A stretch of 31,204 bases of DNA from positions 1 to 31,204 of the forward strand of contig JBILLP010000001.1 of the NCBI GenBank assembly GCA_044376025.1. Direction: 5' to 3'. How positions within the stretch are numbered: position 1 is the first letter of the stretch; every line of letters starts with the position of its first letter. A program made the translations under genes and the position numbers. Below the pieces are notes generated by a model. It was not told the DNA's origin, ran no database searches, and worked only from the letters and a program-made list of their open reading frames with translations. Below are positions 7,959-16,087 of the stretch, piece after piece. The stretch comes from Bradymonadia bacterium. GTDB lineage: Bacteria > Myxococcota_A > Bradymonadia > REDH01.

Positions 7959-9065
7959 CTATCGGTCCAGCGAGCTCCAGCCCCTGACCGTCGCGCCCGC
8001 AAGTTCTGCGCAGGGGAGCTTGGGCAGCCAGATGCCCGACGGCCCGAACGGCATCATCGTCTCGTGCGACATCGAGTACGAGGCCCAGTCCCCACAGCTC
8101 AGCGCGTACGGTGCCTCGGCGGCCCGGGTCCAACGCCAGCGCGGCGTCGCGTCACAGATGCGCTCGGGGACCGCCAGCACGGCGTCGAAGCGAAGCCCGC
8201 GCATCGTGGGATCGTCGAGCACGGTCCCAGGCTGGCGGTAGTCCTGGTCACACGGACGGCACTGCGTCGGGTCCGCCAGGCAGAAGCGCTCCGTGGCGAG
8301 GTGATCGTCTGCCGTCAGCAGAGAATCCTGCTTCCAGTCGCCCGACGCGAGATCGAGCACGTAGACCGTCAGCATCGTGTACGGGTGCACCGCCCCGAGG
8401 TTGTTCTGGTAGGTGAGGTCGACGATCGTCGCCCTGCCGCCCCAGATGGAGCGGAGGGTCACCTTGGGCTCGTACTCCAGGGTGCAGAAGAAGTCGTTGT
8501 CCGCGGGGACCGGCGTCACGACCATCGCCTTGCCCGTCCGCAGGTTGAGCAGCTCGGCGCCGCGCACCTCGCGCATGGCCCGGCACCCGGGCTTCGGCTG
8601 CCCGGCATCCTCGCAGGCCTCGAGCAGTTCGACGAGGCTCGCGTCGCACTTCTCCGCGATCATCTGGTAGCTGCGGCGGGTGACCTGCCAGCGCCACAGG
8701 TCGCCGGCAGAGATCAGCAGCGCCTCCCCGGCGTAGCGCACCCAGGGGCTGTCGGCAGAGGTCCGCAGCCAGGTGACATCGCCACCGTCATCGGTCGCGA
8801 CGACCGCCATGGCTCCGGCCTTCAGCGCCACACTGCGGAGCGGTGCCAGCGCGGCGGGCAGCTCGGCCGGCGCGGGCCCGACCGAGGGTGCCGGCTCCCC
8901 CGCGGGCGCCGGCATCCCAGGCCCTGGCACCGGATCGGTCGAAGGCGCCGACGCCTCAGGCCCGAGCACCGGATCGGTCGAAGGCGCCGAACGCATGCAC
9001 GACACCGTCGCAAGGCTCACCGCCAGAGCGGCCCACCCGCAACACACCAACCTGCTGAGCGGCAT
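7959..9065 (-). CDS. Cys-rich hypothetical lipoprotein
   Basis: ATG 9065 with GGGAGG 6 nt upstream; hydrophobic signal ending in LATVSC; Pro/Ala linker, then a globular region with 10 Cys. Confidence 0.65.
   Translation of the reverse strand: MPLSRLVCCGWAALAVSLATVSCMRSAPSTDPVLGPEASAPSTDPVPGPGMPAPAGEPAPSVGPAPAELPAALAPLRSVALKAGAMAVVATDDGGDVTWLRTSADSPWVRYAGEALLISAGDLWRWQVTRRSYQMIAEKCDASLVELLEACEDAGQPKPGCRAMREVRGAELLNLRTGKAMVVTPVPADNDFFCTLEYEPKVTLRSIWGGRATIVDLTYQNNLGAVHPYTMLTVYVLDLASGDWKQDSLLTADDHLATERFCLADPTQCRPCDQDYRQPGTVLDDPTMRGLRFDAVLAVPERICDATPRWRWTRAAEAPYALSCGDWASYSMSHETMMPFGPSGIWLPKLPCAELAGATVRGWSSLDR
8927..8990. repeat. Intragenic 25-bp direct repeat, two copies, 39-bp period (SAPSTDPV twice)
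   Basis: gcaccggatcggtcgaaggcgccga at 8927-8951 and 8966-8990. Confidence 0.9.
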
Positions 9066-9182
9066 CCCGAACCTCCCGACACACTGTCCCACATGCACCT
9101 ACCTGTTTGCCCATCGTTGCCAGACGACGGGGCAGCGTGCGAACTTTGCGCGACGATGACGTTGAGACCTGGAGGGAGCCCG

Positions 9183-9251
9183 ATGTCGACGACGAATCCC
9201 CTGCGCGACCGCGCCTCCGCGCCGCCGCCGGACGCGTGTCGCCCATGTTGA
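9183..9251 (+). CDS. Possible 22-aa leader ORF (MSTTNPLRDRASAPPPDACRPC) coupled to sctR
   Basis: GGAGG at 9171-9175, ATG 9183; stop TGA 9249-9251 lies just inside the sctR start (ATGTTGA). Confidence 0.3.
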   Translation: MSTTNPLRDRASAPPPDACRPC

Positions 9252-9865
9252 CGGGGCTCGACCCGGCCTGGCTGGCAACGGTGGTCGTCGCGACCGCACT
9301 GCCCCTGCTGCTGGCGATCGGGACCTCGTTCGCGAAGTCGCAGATCGTGCTCGCATCGCTTCGACACGCGCTGGGCGCCGGCAGCGTGCCCTCAGACCTT
9401 GTGATCACCGCCGTCGCAGCGGCCTGGACGGCTGCCGTGATGACACCGCTCCTCGAGCAGCTTCCCTCGGCGACGACCTGGTTGAGCGGCGGGGTCGCCG
9501 ATGGCTGGCAGGCACCGTGGCGGGCCTTCTTGCTCGCGAACGCCGGGCAACCTGAGCTCGAGGCTGCACTCCGCATCTCGGGACAGTCCGCGGCGCACGC
9601 CGACGTCGGGGTTGCGACAGCCTTGATGGCCTTCTCGCTGACCGAGCTCCGGGAGGCCTTCGTGCTCTCGTTCGCGGTGGTTGTCCCCTTCTTCGTGATC
9701 GACCTCGCGCTCGGTGCAACGCTGACCGTGGCCGGACTGCAGTCGGTGCCCCCGTCGTCGGTGGCGGTCCCGCTGAAGCTGCTGCTGTTCGGGTCGGCCG
9801 GCGGCTGGCTGCTGGTCAGCCAGAACCTGCTGACGGGCTACGTCTTCCCGGCGGCGGGACCATGA
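9245..9865 (+). CDS. sctR: Divergent SctR/FliP-family type III export gate protein
   Basis: TSFAKSQIVLASLRHALG, VMTP, PWRAFL, AFSLTELREAF, PFFVIDL, PLKLLLF..GGW..V.QNL..GY; no FliP-type signal peptide; 206 aa. Confidence 0.85.
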   Translation: MLTGLDPAWLATVVVATALPLLLAIGTSFAKSQIVLASLRHALGAGSVPSDLVITAVAAAWTAAVMTPLLEQLPSATTWLSGGVADGWQAPWRAFLLANAGQPELEAALRISGQSAAHADVGVATALMAFSLTELREAFVLSFAVVVPFFVIDLALGATLTVAGLQSVPPSSVAVPLKLLLFGSAGGWLLVSQNLLTGYVFPAAGP

Positions 9866-10119
9866 TGGAGCCCTACGAGATCCTCGACGCCTCCGCGCGG
9901 GTGGTCGTCGCCTGCTGCGCCGCGCCGGTCGCGGCCGCACTCGTCGCCGGCGCGCTGGCGGGCTGGCTGCAATCGGCGCTCCACATCTCGGAGCCGGTGC
10001 TGTCGAGCGCCGCTCGGCTGATCGCGGGCGCGATGGCGCTCTGGGCGGCGCGTCCGCTCTACATCGGGCCGCTCGTCGACCTTGCTACGGCGGTCTGGTC
10101 CGGGGGTGGCGGCCCATGA
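9862..10119 (+). CDS. sctS: Divergent SctS/FliQ-family export gate protein
   Basis: 85 aa, two hydrophobic halves, WLQSALHISEPVLSSAAR aligns with LQAATQINEMTLSFIPK; position between sctR- and sctT-like genes; ATGA overlap. Confidence 0.75.
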   Translation: MMEPYEILDASARVVVACCAAPVAAALVAGALAGWLQSALHISEPVLSSAARLIAGAMALWAARPLYIGPLVDLATAVWSGGGGP

Positions 10120-10763
10120 GCGTCGCGGCCGATGACCTGCTGGCCCGGGGGCTGCTGTTGCACCTTCTCGCGGTTGGCCCCGCGGTGCACGTCGGTGTCG
10201 GCATGGGGCTTGGCGCGGTGCCGTGGCAGGCAAGGCTTGGCATGGCGCTGCTCGTGGCGGTCGCCCGGCTCGAGCGCCACGGGACGCCCGGCTCGACCCC
10301 GCTGGCGGCATGTGCGGCGGGTCTGCTCGCGGCGGCGATGGTCGCGGTGCTGCTGTCGACCGGTCGGTGGGCGGCGCAGCTGGCCGGGTATGGCTCCGAG
10401 GCGCAGCCAACCGCCGCCTGGCAGCTCGCGATCGCGGCCGGAGCGGCCGCTTCGGGCTGGCTCCCCGCCCTCGTCGAGTCGCTCACCATCCCGGTCAACG
10501 TGGCCTACCCCGGTCCCGCGCAACACCTCGAGGCGGCCGCGCACCTCGCCCTCGTGATCGCCGCCCCGTCGATCCTTGTCAGGCTGCTCGGGGCAATCGT
10601 GGGGGCGATCTCCGACCGCTGGTTCGCGCGCACCGCCCCAGGCGCCCTGCTGCAGGCCGTCGCTGCGATCGTGGCTGCCTGGCTGCTGCTCGCCTCCGCG
10701 CTCGACGAAGGCGGCTCCGTGGCGCTTCGCCCGACGCCGCTGCCAGCCGAGTCCTCGCCATGA
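10116..10763 (+). CDS. sctT: Highly divergent, shortened SctT/FliR-family export gate protein
   Basis: Multi-TM; VPWQARLGMALLV near the N-terminus and LALVIAAPSIL..LLG...RTAPG near the C-terminus; 215 aa; synteny with R, S and U. Confidence 0.6.
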   Translation: MSVAADDLLARGLLLHLLAVGPAVHVGVGMGLGAVPWQARLGMALLVAVARLERHGTPGSTPLAACAAGLLAAAMVAVLLSTGRWAAQLAGYGSEAQPTAAWQLAIAAGAAASGWLPALVESLTIPVNVAYPGPAQHLEAAAHLALVIAAPSILVRLLGAIVGAISDRWFARTAPGALLQAVAAIVAAWLLLASALDEGGSVALRPTPLPAESSP

Positions 10764-11407
10764 GCAGGCGCGTGTACCCACCCACGGCCGCGCGCAGGGC
10801 GCGCTTCGGCGCTGCAGGCGCGGCGCCATCGTCTCGCTCGCTGCAGCACCTCGCCGCGCTGCTGGCGGGCGGTGCCTGCCTCGTGCACCGATCCGGGGAG
10901 TTCCGTCGGGGGTGCGAAGGGCTGTGGACGTCGCCATCGGGGTCGCTCGAACCCGCCCTTGCGCTGCTGGCCTCGGGGGTCGCACCCGTGCTGCTCTGCA
11001 TGGTGCTCGGAGCCGCGGTCGTGGCGGCCCTCGAGTCCCGCGGGCTCTTCAGCCCGGCGAGGTCGCTCGCCGACACCGGGGAGTCAGCACTGACGCCGGC
11101 AGATGGTCTCCTGCCGGCCCTGGCGCTGGCAGGGGCCTCGGCCCTTGCGCTTGCCGCTGGATTCGCGGCCTTCGATGCGCGCCGCGACGGGGGGGCGGCG
11201 CGGCTGCTCGGGACGATTGCGGCCGGGTCGCTGCCGGTCGTGGGTTTGCTGCTGCTCGGCGCGCTCTGGCGCGGCTGGCGGGTGCATGCGGCCCACGATC
11301 GACGCATGCGCATGACACGCGAGGAGTGCCTCGATGAGTACCGGGAGGCCTCCGTGGACCCCGAGGTTCGTCGTCGCGTCGAGGCGGGCTTCGCCGAGCG
11401 CGGCTAG
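10760..11407 (+). CDS. sctU: SctU/FlhB-like protein, membrane domain only (no NPTH autocleavage or C-terminal domain)
   Basis: ATG 10760 overlaps the sctT stop; N-terminus YPPTAARRARFGAAGAAPSSRSL resembles EEPT.KKL..AR..G.V.KS.EL; C-terminus RRMRMTREECLDEYREASVDPEVRRR resembles KMTKQEVKDE.K..EGDP.IK.R; stops at 215 aa. Confidence 0.75.
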   Translation: MSRRVYPPTAARRARFGAAGAAPSSRSLQHLAALLAGGACLVHRSGEFRRGCEGLWTSPSGSLEPALALLASGVAPVLLCMVLGAAVVAALESRGLFSPARSLADTGESALTPADGLLPALALAGASALALAAGFAAFDARRDGGAARLLGTIAAGSLPVVGLLLLGALWRGWRVHAAHDRRMRMTREECLDEYREASVDPEVRRRVEAGFAERG

Positions 11408-12981
11408 TCGACCTCTGCGATGTTCCTCAGCTTGGACTGGGTGCGCTCCTGGGCGCGCCGGATCTCGTCCTCTGTGAGCCCGCCGTGGTCGGTGATCACG
11501 ATGCTCTGGGACTGGCGCGTCTCGATGTCGAGCGCGTGCACGTGCACGATGCCGTCGGAGTCGACGTCGAAGGTGACCTCGACGCGCGGCTGTCCGGCGC
11601 CGCGGGGCGGGATGTCGGCGAGGTTGAAGGTGCCGAGAAGCCGGTTGTCCGAGGCGATCGGGCTCTCGCCCTGCAGGACTGCGATCGAGACGATGTCCTG
11701 GTTCTCCTCGGTCGTGGTGAAGACCTTCTTGCGCTGCGTCGGGATCGCGGAGTTGCGCGGGATGATGGTGGACATCTTGTTGCCGATGACCCGGATCCCG
11801 AGCGACAGCGGCATGACGTCGAGCAGGATGAGCTCGCGCACCTCGCCGCCAAGGATTCCGCTCTGGATCGCCGCGCCGATCGCGACGACCTCGTCGGGAT
11901 TGACGCCCCGGTGGGGCCGTCGCGCGAAGATCTGCTCGACGCGCTCCTGGACGAGCGGCATGCGCGTCATGCCACCGACCAGGATGACCTCGTCAATCTG
12001 GTCGGTCGAGATGCCGGCATCGGCGAGGGCGGTGCGGCAGGGGGCCTCGAGCCTGTCGACGAGCCCGGCGGTCAGTTCGTTGAGCTCAGACCGGCTCATC
12101 AGGTAGCTGAGGTGCTTGGGGCCCGAGTCATCGACGGCGAGGAAAGGCAGGTTGATGTTGGTCTCGCTCAGCGTCGATAGCTCGCACTTGGCGGCCTCTG
12201 ACGCCTCACGGAGGCGCTGCAGCGCCATCTTGTCCTCGGAGACGTCGAGCCCGGTGCGCTCCTCGAAGTGTTCCAGCAGGCGGCCCAGCACGGCACGGTC
12301 GAAGTCATCGCCACCGAGCGAGTTGTCACCGCAGGTTGCGATGACCTCGAAGACGCCGGCACGCAGTCGCAGGATCGAGATGTCGAAGGTGCCGCCACCG
12401 AGGTCGAAGACCGCGACGACGGAGTTCTCGCGCTTGCCGACCCCGTAGGCCAGCGCAGCGGCAGTGGGCTCGTTCAGGATGCGCTTGACGTCGAGGCCGG
12501 CGATCCGGCCAGCGTCCTTGGTCGCCTGCCGCTGTGCGTCGTCGAAGTAGGCCGGCACGGTGATGACCGCCTCGGTGATCTCCTCTCCGAAGTAGTCTTC
12601 GGCCGTCGCCTTCATCTTCTGCAGGATGAAGGCGGAGATCTCCTGCGGCGAGTAGCTCTGGCCGCTGATGCTGACGACGCAGTCGCCGTTGGCGGCCTCC
12701 GCGAGCTTGAAGGGCAGAGTCCGGCGCTGGTCCGAGATCTCAGGTGAGCGGTACTTTCGCCCCATCAGCCGCTTGACGCCGTAAATGGTGCGCTCGGGGT
12801 TGATGATCGCCTGTCGCTTGGCCTGCTGCCCGACCAGCCGCTCACGAGCGTCCGTGAGCGCGACCACAGAGGGCGTCGTGCGCGCACCTTCGGCGTTCGG
12901 CAACACAATCGTCTCCCCGCCCTCCATGACGGCGACGCAGGAGTTGGTGGTGCCGAGATCGATGCCGATGATTCTTCCCAT
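11404..12981 (-). CDS. DnaK/Hsp70-family paralogue lacking most of the helical lid
   Basis: GIDLGTTNS, TVPAYF, NEPTAAALAYG, DLGGGTFDIS, LGGDDFD, LVGGMTRMP, NPDEVVAIGAA, linker ELILLDV, full SBD-beta; ends at 525 aa just after GGLTEDEIRR. Confidence 0.93.
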   Translation of the reverse strand: MGRIIGIDLGTTNSCVAVMEGGETIVLPNAEGARTTPSVVALTDARERLVGQQAKRQAIINPERTIYGVKRLMGRKYRSPEISDQRRTLPFKLAEAANGDCVVSISGQSYSPQEISAFILQKMKATAEDYFGEEITEAVITVPAYFDDAQRQATKDAGRIAGLDVKRILNEPTAAALAYGVGKRENSVVAVFDLGGGTFDISILRLRAGVFEVIATCGDNSLGGDDFDRAVLGRLLEHFEERTGLDVSEDKMALQRLREASEAAKCELSTLSETNINLPFLAVDDSGPKHLSYLMSRSELNELTAGLVDRLEAPCRTALADAGISTDQIDEVILVGGMTRMPLVQERVEQIFARRPHRGVNPDEVVAIGAAIQSGILGGEVRELILLDVMPLSLGIRVIGNKMSTIIPRNSAIPTQRKKVFTTTEENQDIVSIAVLQGESPIASDNRLLGTFNLADIPPRGAGQPRVEVTFDVDSDGIVHVHALDIETRQSQSIVITDHGGLTEDEIRRAQERTQSKLRNIAEVD

Positions 12982-13038
12982 AGTGCGATGGCCTGTTGTT
13001 CAACGAAGGATTGGATTGCGGTTGGATGGGAGCGGGAT

Positions 13039-16000
13039 TCAGCTGGACTTTCGCCCGAGGAGCAGCCGGTCGAGGAAGCTCTCGGGCTTCTTCGACTTGT
13101 CGGCCTTGCCCTTGAGGTACCTGAACCACCGGTTCGCGTCCTGGTTCGAGGGGTCGAAGTCGGTCGCCTGCTTGTAGTAGCTCATTGCGTCGGCGTCGTT
13201 CTCCTCCGCGCGGGCGAGGTGTCCGAGCAGCGTGGCGACGGCGGCGCGGTTGTAGGCCTCCTTCACATCGTCGAGGTTCTTCTCGATCGACTTTCGCGCC
13301 GAACGGCTGTCGAGCTTGCGCCGCGTGACGAGGAGGTAGGTCTCGTGGGCGTCGATGACGGCCCCGGAGGCGCCCTTCTGCTTCGAGAGGACGAGCAGGT
13401 CCCACGCCTTTTCGACGGAGCCCTGCTCGATGGCACGTTGGGCGTTCCTGAAGATCTGGTCGGGGCTCAGCCGCCCCACCGCGCTCCGTGAGATGGTGGT
13501 GGTCGCCGACGGCGGCATCGACGGCGGCGGCGAGGCCGGTGGTGAGCCAGCGCCCTGCGCAAGCGGCTGGGATGCGGTGACCGAGGCGGGGCCTGCACCC
13601 TGCCGGCGGAGGCGCTCGAGCGCCTCAGAGACACTCGCCCCTCGAGGGGTCGCGCCCGGGGTGCCCGTGCTCCCGACGGCAGGGAGCACCTGCGTCGGCG
13701 TGGCATTGCGCGGCGTGCCCGGGTTCGTCGGCGGAGGCACATTCGGGCGCATGCCGGTCGCGGGTGCCGGAGGCCGCGATGCCGGCGCAGCCGGGCGCGC
13801 CGCATCGGCGAGTCGGGCCTTCTCGAGGCCGGTGAGCACGCCCTGTACCTCGCGGAGCTTGAGGAATGCCTTGTCGGCGGTCGCCTTCGCGCCACCGTCT
13901 GCAAGTCGGGCGTAGCGATCCGGGTGATGCTCCCGCACCAGTTCATAGTATCGCCGCTCGACGCCCTCGACACCGCAGCCCGGGCTCACCCCGAAGACCT
14001 TGTAGGGGTCGGGGTTCGAGACCCTGGTGACCAGCTCCTCGAGGCTTGCAAGGGCTGCGCGACGAGCGGCCTCGGTGTCGTCCTGAGTCGGGCCACGACG
14101 CGGGTCCTGCGATACCGGCGACGGCTGCGGGATCGGGTCGGAGGCACGGCGCGGGTCGCTCGGCACGCCTGGGTTGCTCGGGGCGCGCGTCTCGAATCCG
14201 GCGCTGCCGGGAGGATCGCTCCGAAGGCGGGGGTCGTTCGCCAATCGCTGCCCCATCGGCGGCAGCGTGACACTCCGGCGCCCGGTACTCTGGACAACGA
14301 CCTGCGCGCGGAACTTGACCCGGACGGTGCGCGCCTCGGGCTCGGGCAAGAAGACGATCCCCCCGACCAGCCACAAGAAGTGGATGAACTGCATCGTCTC
14401 GTTGATCGCAGCCCCCGCGCGACCGATGATCACCTCGAGCGGCGTCTGGCCATCAAGCGCGGCGAGCACGCTGCCGAGCGCGGGCACGTCCTTCGCCAGC
14501 GGCCGAAGGTTCTCGGCGTGTGTCGTCACGACCGGGTAGGCCCTGAAGTGACGGCCCAGCGCGCTCGCGAGGTCATTGGTCGGCATGTGGCGCTGGATGC
14601 CGCGCAGGATCAGCGCGTACACGTCGGCGAGTGGGAAGAAGCGCGCCCGCGAGACCTCGCACTCATAGACATCGTAGCCGCCGGTGGTCCACGTGAAGCA
14701 GGACAGCAACCGTGTCTCGTCGGCTCCGGAGGGCGCAGCGTCGAGCTTGCCGAGCTGACCGTCGAGCATCCACACGCGCCGCTCGAGTCCTCCCTGCTTG
14801 AAGATCACCTCGCCACTGCGCTGGCTCATGGCCACGGCGAGAAGCACGCGGCCGAGCACCTGGGCGCCCATCTCGCCCCGCTCGAGCGAGGCAAGCTCGA
14901 GCACGACCTCAGGAGCCGCACCCGCTGCGGTCTCGACACCGCCCGGTGGCGTGTGGGGGCGCGCGGCACGCTCCGAGCCCGGCACCGGGACGGGCACTGG
15001 CTCCGTCACCAGGGCTGAACGGGGCATCGGTCCGTCAGACAGGCCTGGCACCGCCTCGACGCGCGGCACGAAGGGAGTCCCGATCGCACGCGTCGTCAAC
15101 TGCTCAGCCCCGGGGTCGACCCCGGCCGCGATCGGACTGGACCCGGAGTTCGAGACGGGTCGGCCAGGTGCCGAGGAGGCAGGATCGGGGCTGGACGTCA
15201 GCTCCCTGGCGTCTCCGGTGTGATGCTCAGGTCGTGCCGGGGGTGCCTCGACGCCGGAGTCCTCAGGTCCTTCGAACCCATCGGGCGAGGTCAGCCCGCC
15301 GGTCTGGTCGTCGGGATCATCAGCGTGAGCCGACAGGGCGTGTTGGCCGAAGATGCGCTCGATCTCATCGTGCAGGCCGGAGTCGTTCCCCTCGAACTCG
15401 GCCTGCTCCTCGAGCACGGCCAGGTCGACTTCGTCGATGAGGGCGGAGTATCGGGGCGCGGTTGAGGTCCCTGAGAAGGACTCCGCGCTCTCGTGGAAGG
15501 GGGTTACCTCGTTCGGATCCGGCTGCGCGGCCGCCTCGGCAACCGGCGGCGGCAGCGGCTCGAAGCGAGGCTTCTCTCGGGACTCAAGTGCCGGGTCGAA
15601 GCTCGCGGGCACCACGGTGATCTGCTGGCTCTCCCGCTTCGAGTCCGAGGTCACCCGCCCTGGCTGCGTATCGCGGACCCCGCTCCAGGCCGTATCGCCG
15701 GTTGCCCGGGTGATCGCCCGGGCCAGTCGCCGTTCGTCGATGGGTGCGGCGACGAAGTGCTCGAAGTCCGTCTCGATTGCGATCTGGTGGCGGTCTTCCT
15801 CGTCGCGATCCTCGAAGACGATCACGATCGGCAGCCTGAGCGCCCGCAGTGCCCACTCCGCCGCCCTCAGCCCCTCGGGTCCCCCTTCGCGGATGGCTGC
15901 GTAGTGAAGCACGCCCACGTCGGGTCGCTCCGAGGCCACCTGATCGATGAACTCGTCCCACGAGTGGACCCATCGGGTCAGCGTGTCCTCGAGCCGAGTG

Positions 16001-16083
16001 ATCGCGGCCATCAGCGGCACGCGTTCGGACTCTCCACCGACGAGGCAAAGCAGCTTCAAGTTGGGAGCTCCTTCGGGCTTCAC
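13039..16083 (-). CDS. Multidomain J protein: pseudo-receiver, acidic/Pro linker, DUF4388-like, J domain, TPR
   Basis: GTG 16083, four nt after the upstream stop; receiver-like ERPDVGVLHY...FVAAPID; DUF4388-like LGRVLL....RSGEVIF....RRVWMLDGQL..CFTWTTG; J domain DPYKVFGV...YYELVREHHPDR; C-terminal TPR-like helices. Confidence 0.8.
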   Translation of the reverse strand: MKPEGAPNLKLLCLVGGESERVPLMAAITRLEDTLTRWVHSWDEFIDQVASERPDVGVLHYAAIREGGPEGLRAAEWALRALRLPIVIVFEDRDEEDRHQIAIETDFEHFVAAPIDERRLARAITRATGDTAWSGVRDTQPGRVTSDSKRESQQITVVPASFDPALESREKPRFEPLPPPVAEAAAQPDPNEVTPFHESAESFSGTSTAPRYSALIDEVDLAVLEEQAEFEGNDSGLHDEIERIFGQHALSAHADDPDDQTGGLTSPDGFEGPEDSGVEAPPARPEHHTGDARELTSSPDPASSAPGRPVSNSGSSPIAAGVDPGAEQLTTRAIGTPFVPRVEAVPGLSDGPMPRSALVTEPVPVPVPGSERAARPHTPPGGVETAAGAAPEVVLELASLERGEMGAQVLGRVLLAVAMSQRSGEVIFKQGGLERRVWMLDGQLGKLDAAPSGADETRLLSCFTWTTGGYDVYECEVSRARFFPLADVYALILRGIQRHMPTNDLASALGRHFRAYPVVTTHAENLRPLAKDVPALGSVLAALDGQTPLEVIIGRAGAAINETMQFIHFLWLVGGIVFLPEPEARTVRVKFRAQVVVQSTGRRSVTLPPMGQRLANDPRLRSDPPGSAGFETRAPSNPGVPSDPRRASDPIPQPSPVSQDPRRGPTQDDTEAARRAALASLEELVTRVSNPDPYKVFGVSPGCGVEGVERRYYELVREHHPDRYARLADGGAKATADKAFLKLREVQGVLTGLEKARLADAARPAAPASRPPAPATGMRPNVPPPTNPGTPRNATPTQVLPAVGSTGTPGATPRGASVSEALERLRRQGAGPASVTASQPLAQGAGSPPASPPPSMPPSATTTISRSAVGRLSPDQIFRNAQRAIEQGSVEKAWDLLVLSKQKGASGAVIDAHETYLLVTRRKLDSRSARKSIEKNLDDVKEAYNRAAVATLLGHLARAEENDADAMSYYKQATDFDPSNQDANRWFRYLKGKADKSKKPESFLDRLLLGRKSS

Positions 16084-16087
16084 GGCG

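Noticed and set aside
8927-8990. 25-bp direct repeat as a CRISPR remnant
   Set aside because: Two copies, 14-bp spacer, in-frame inside a gene, no cas genes.
9125-9170. Sigma54 or ECF promoter for the export-gate operon
   Set aside because: GG-N10-GC spacing not met; GAACTT at 9141 lacks a convincing -10 element.
11407-11700. Frameshifted continuation of SctU or read-through of the Hsp70 lid
   Set aside because: No NPTH-like coding sequence after the sctU stop, and read-through of the Hsp70 stop gives no lid-like helices.
11404-12981. Calling this the housekeeping dnaK
   Set aside because: Lid missing and no grpE, hrcA or canonical dnaJ nearby; treated as a paralogue.
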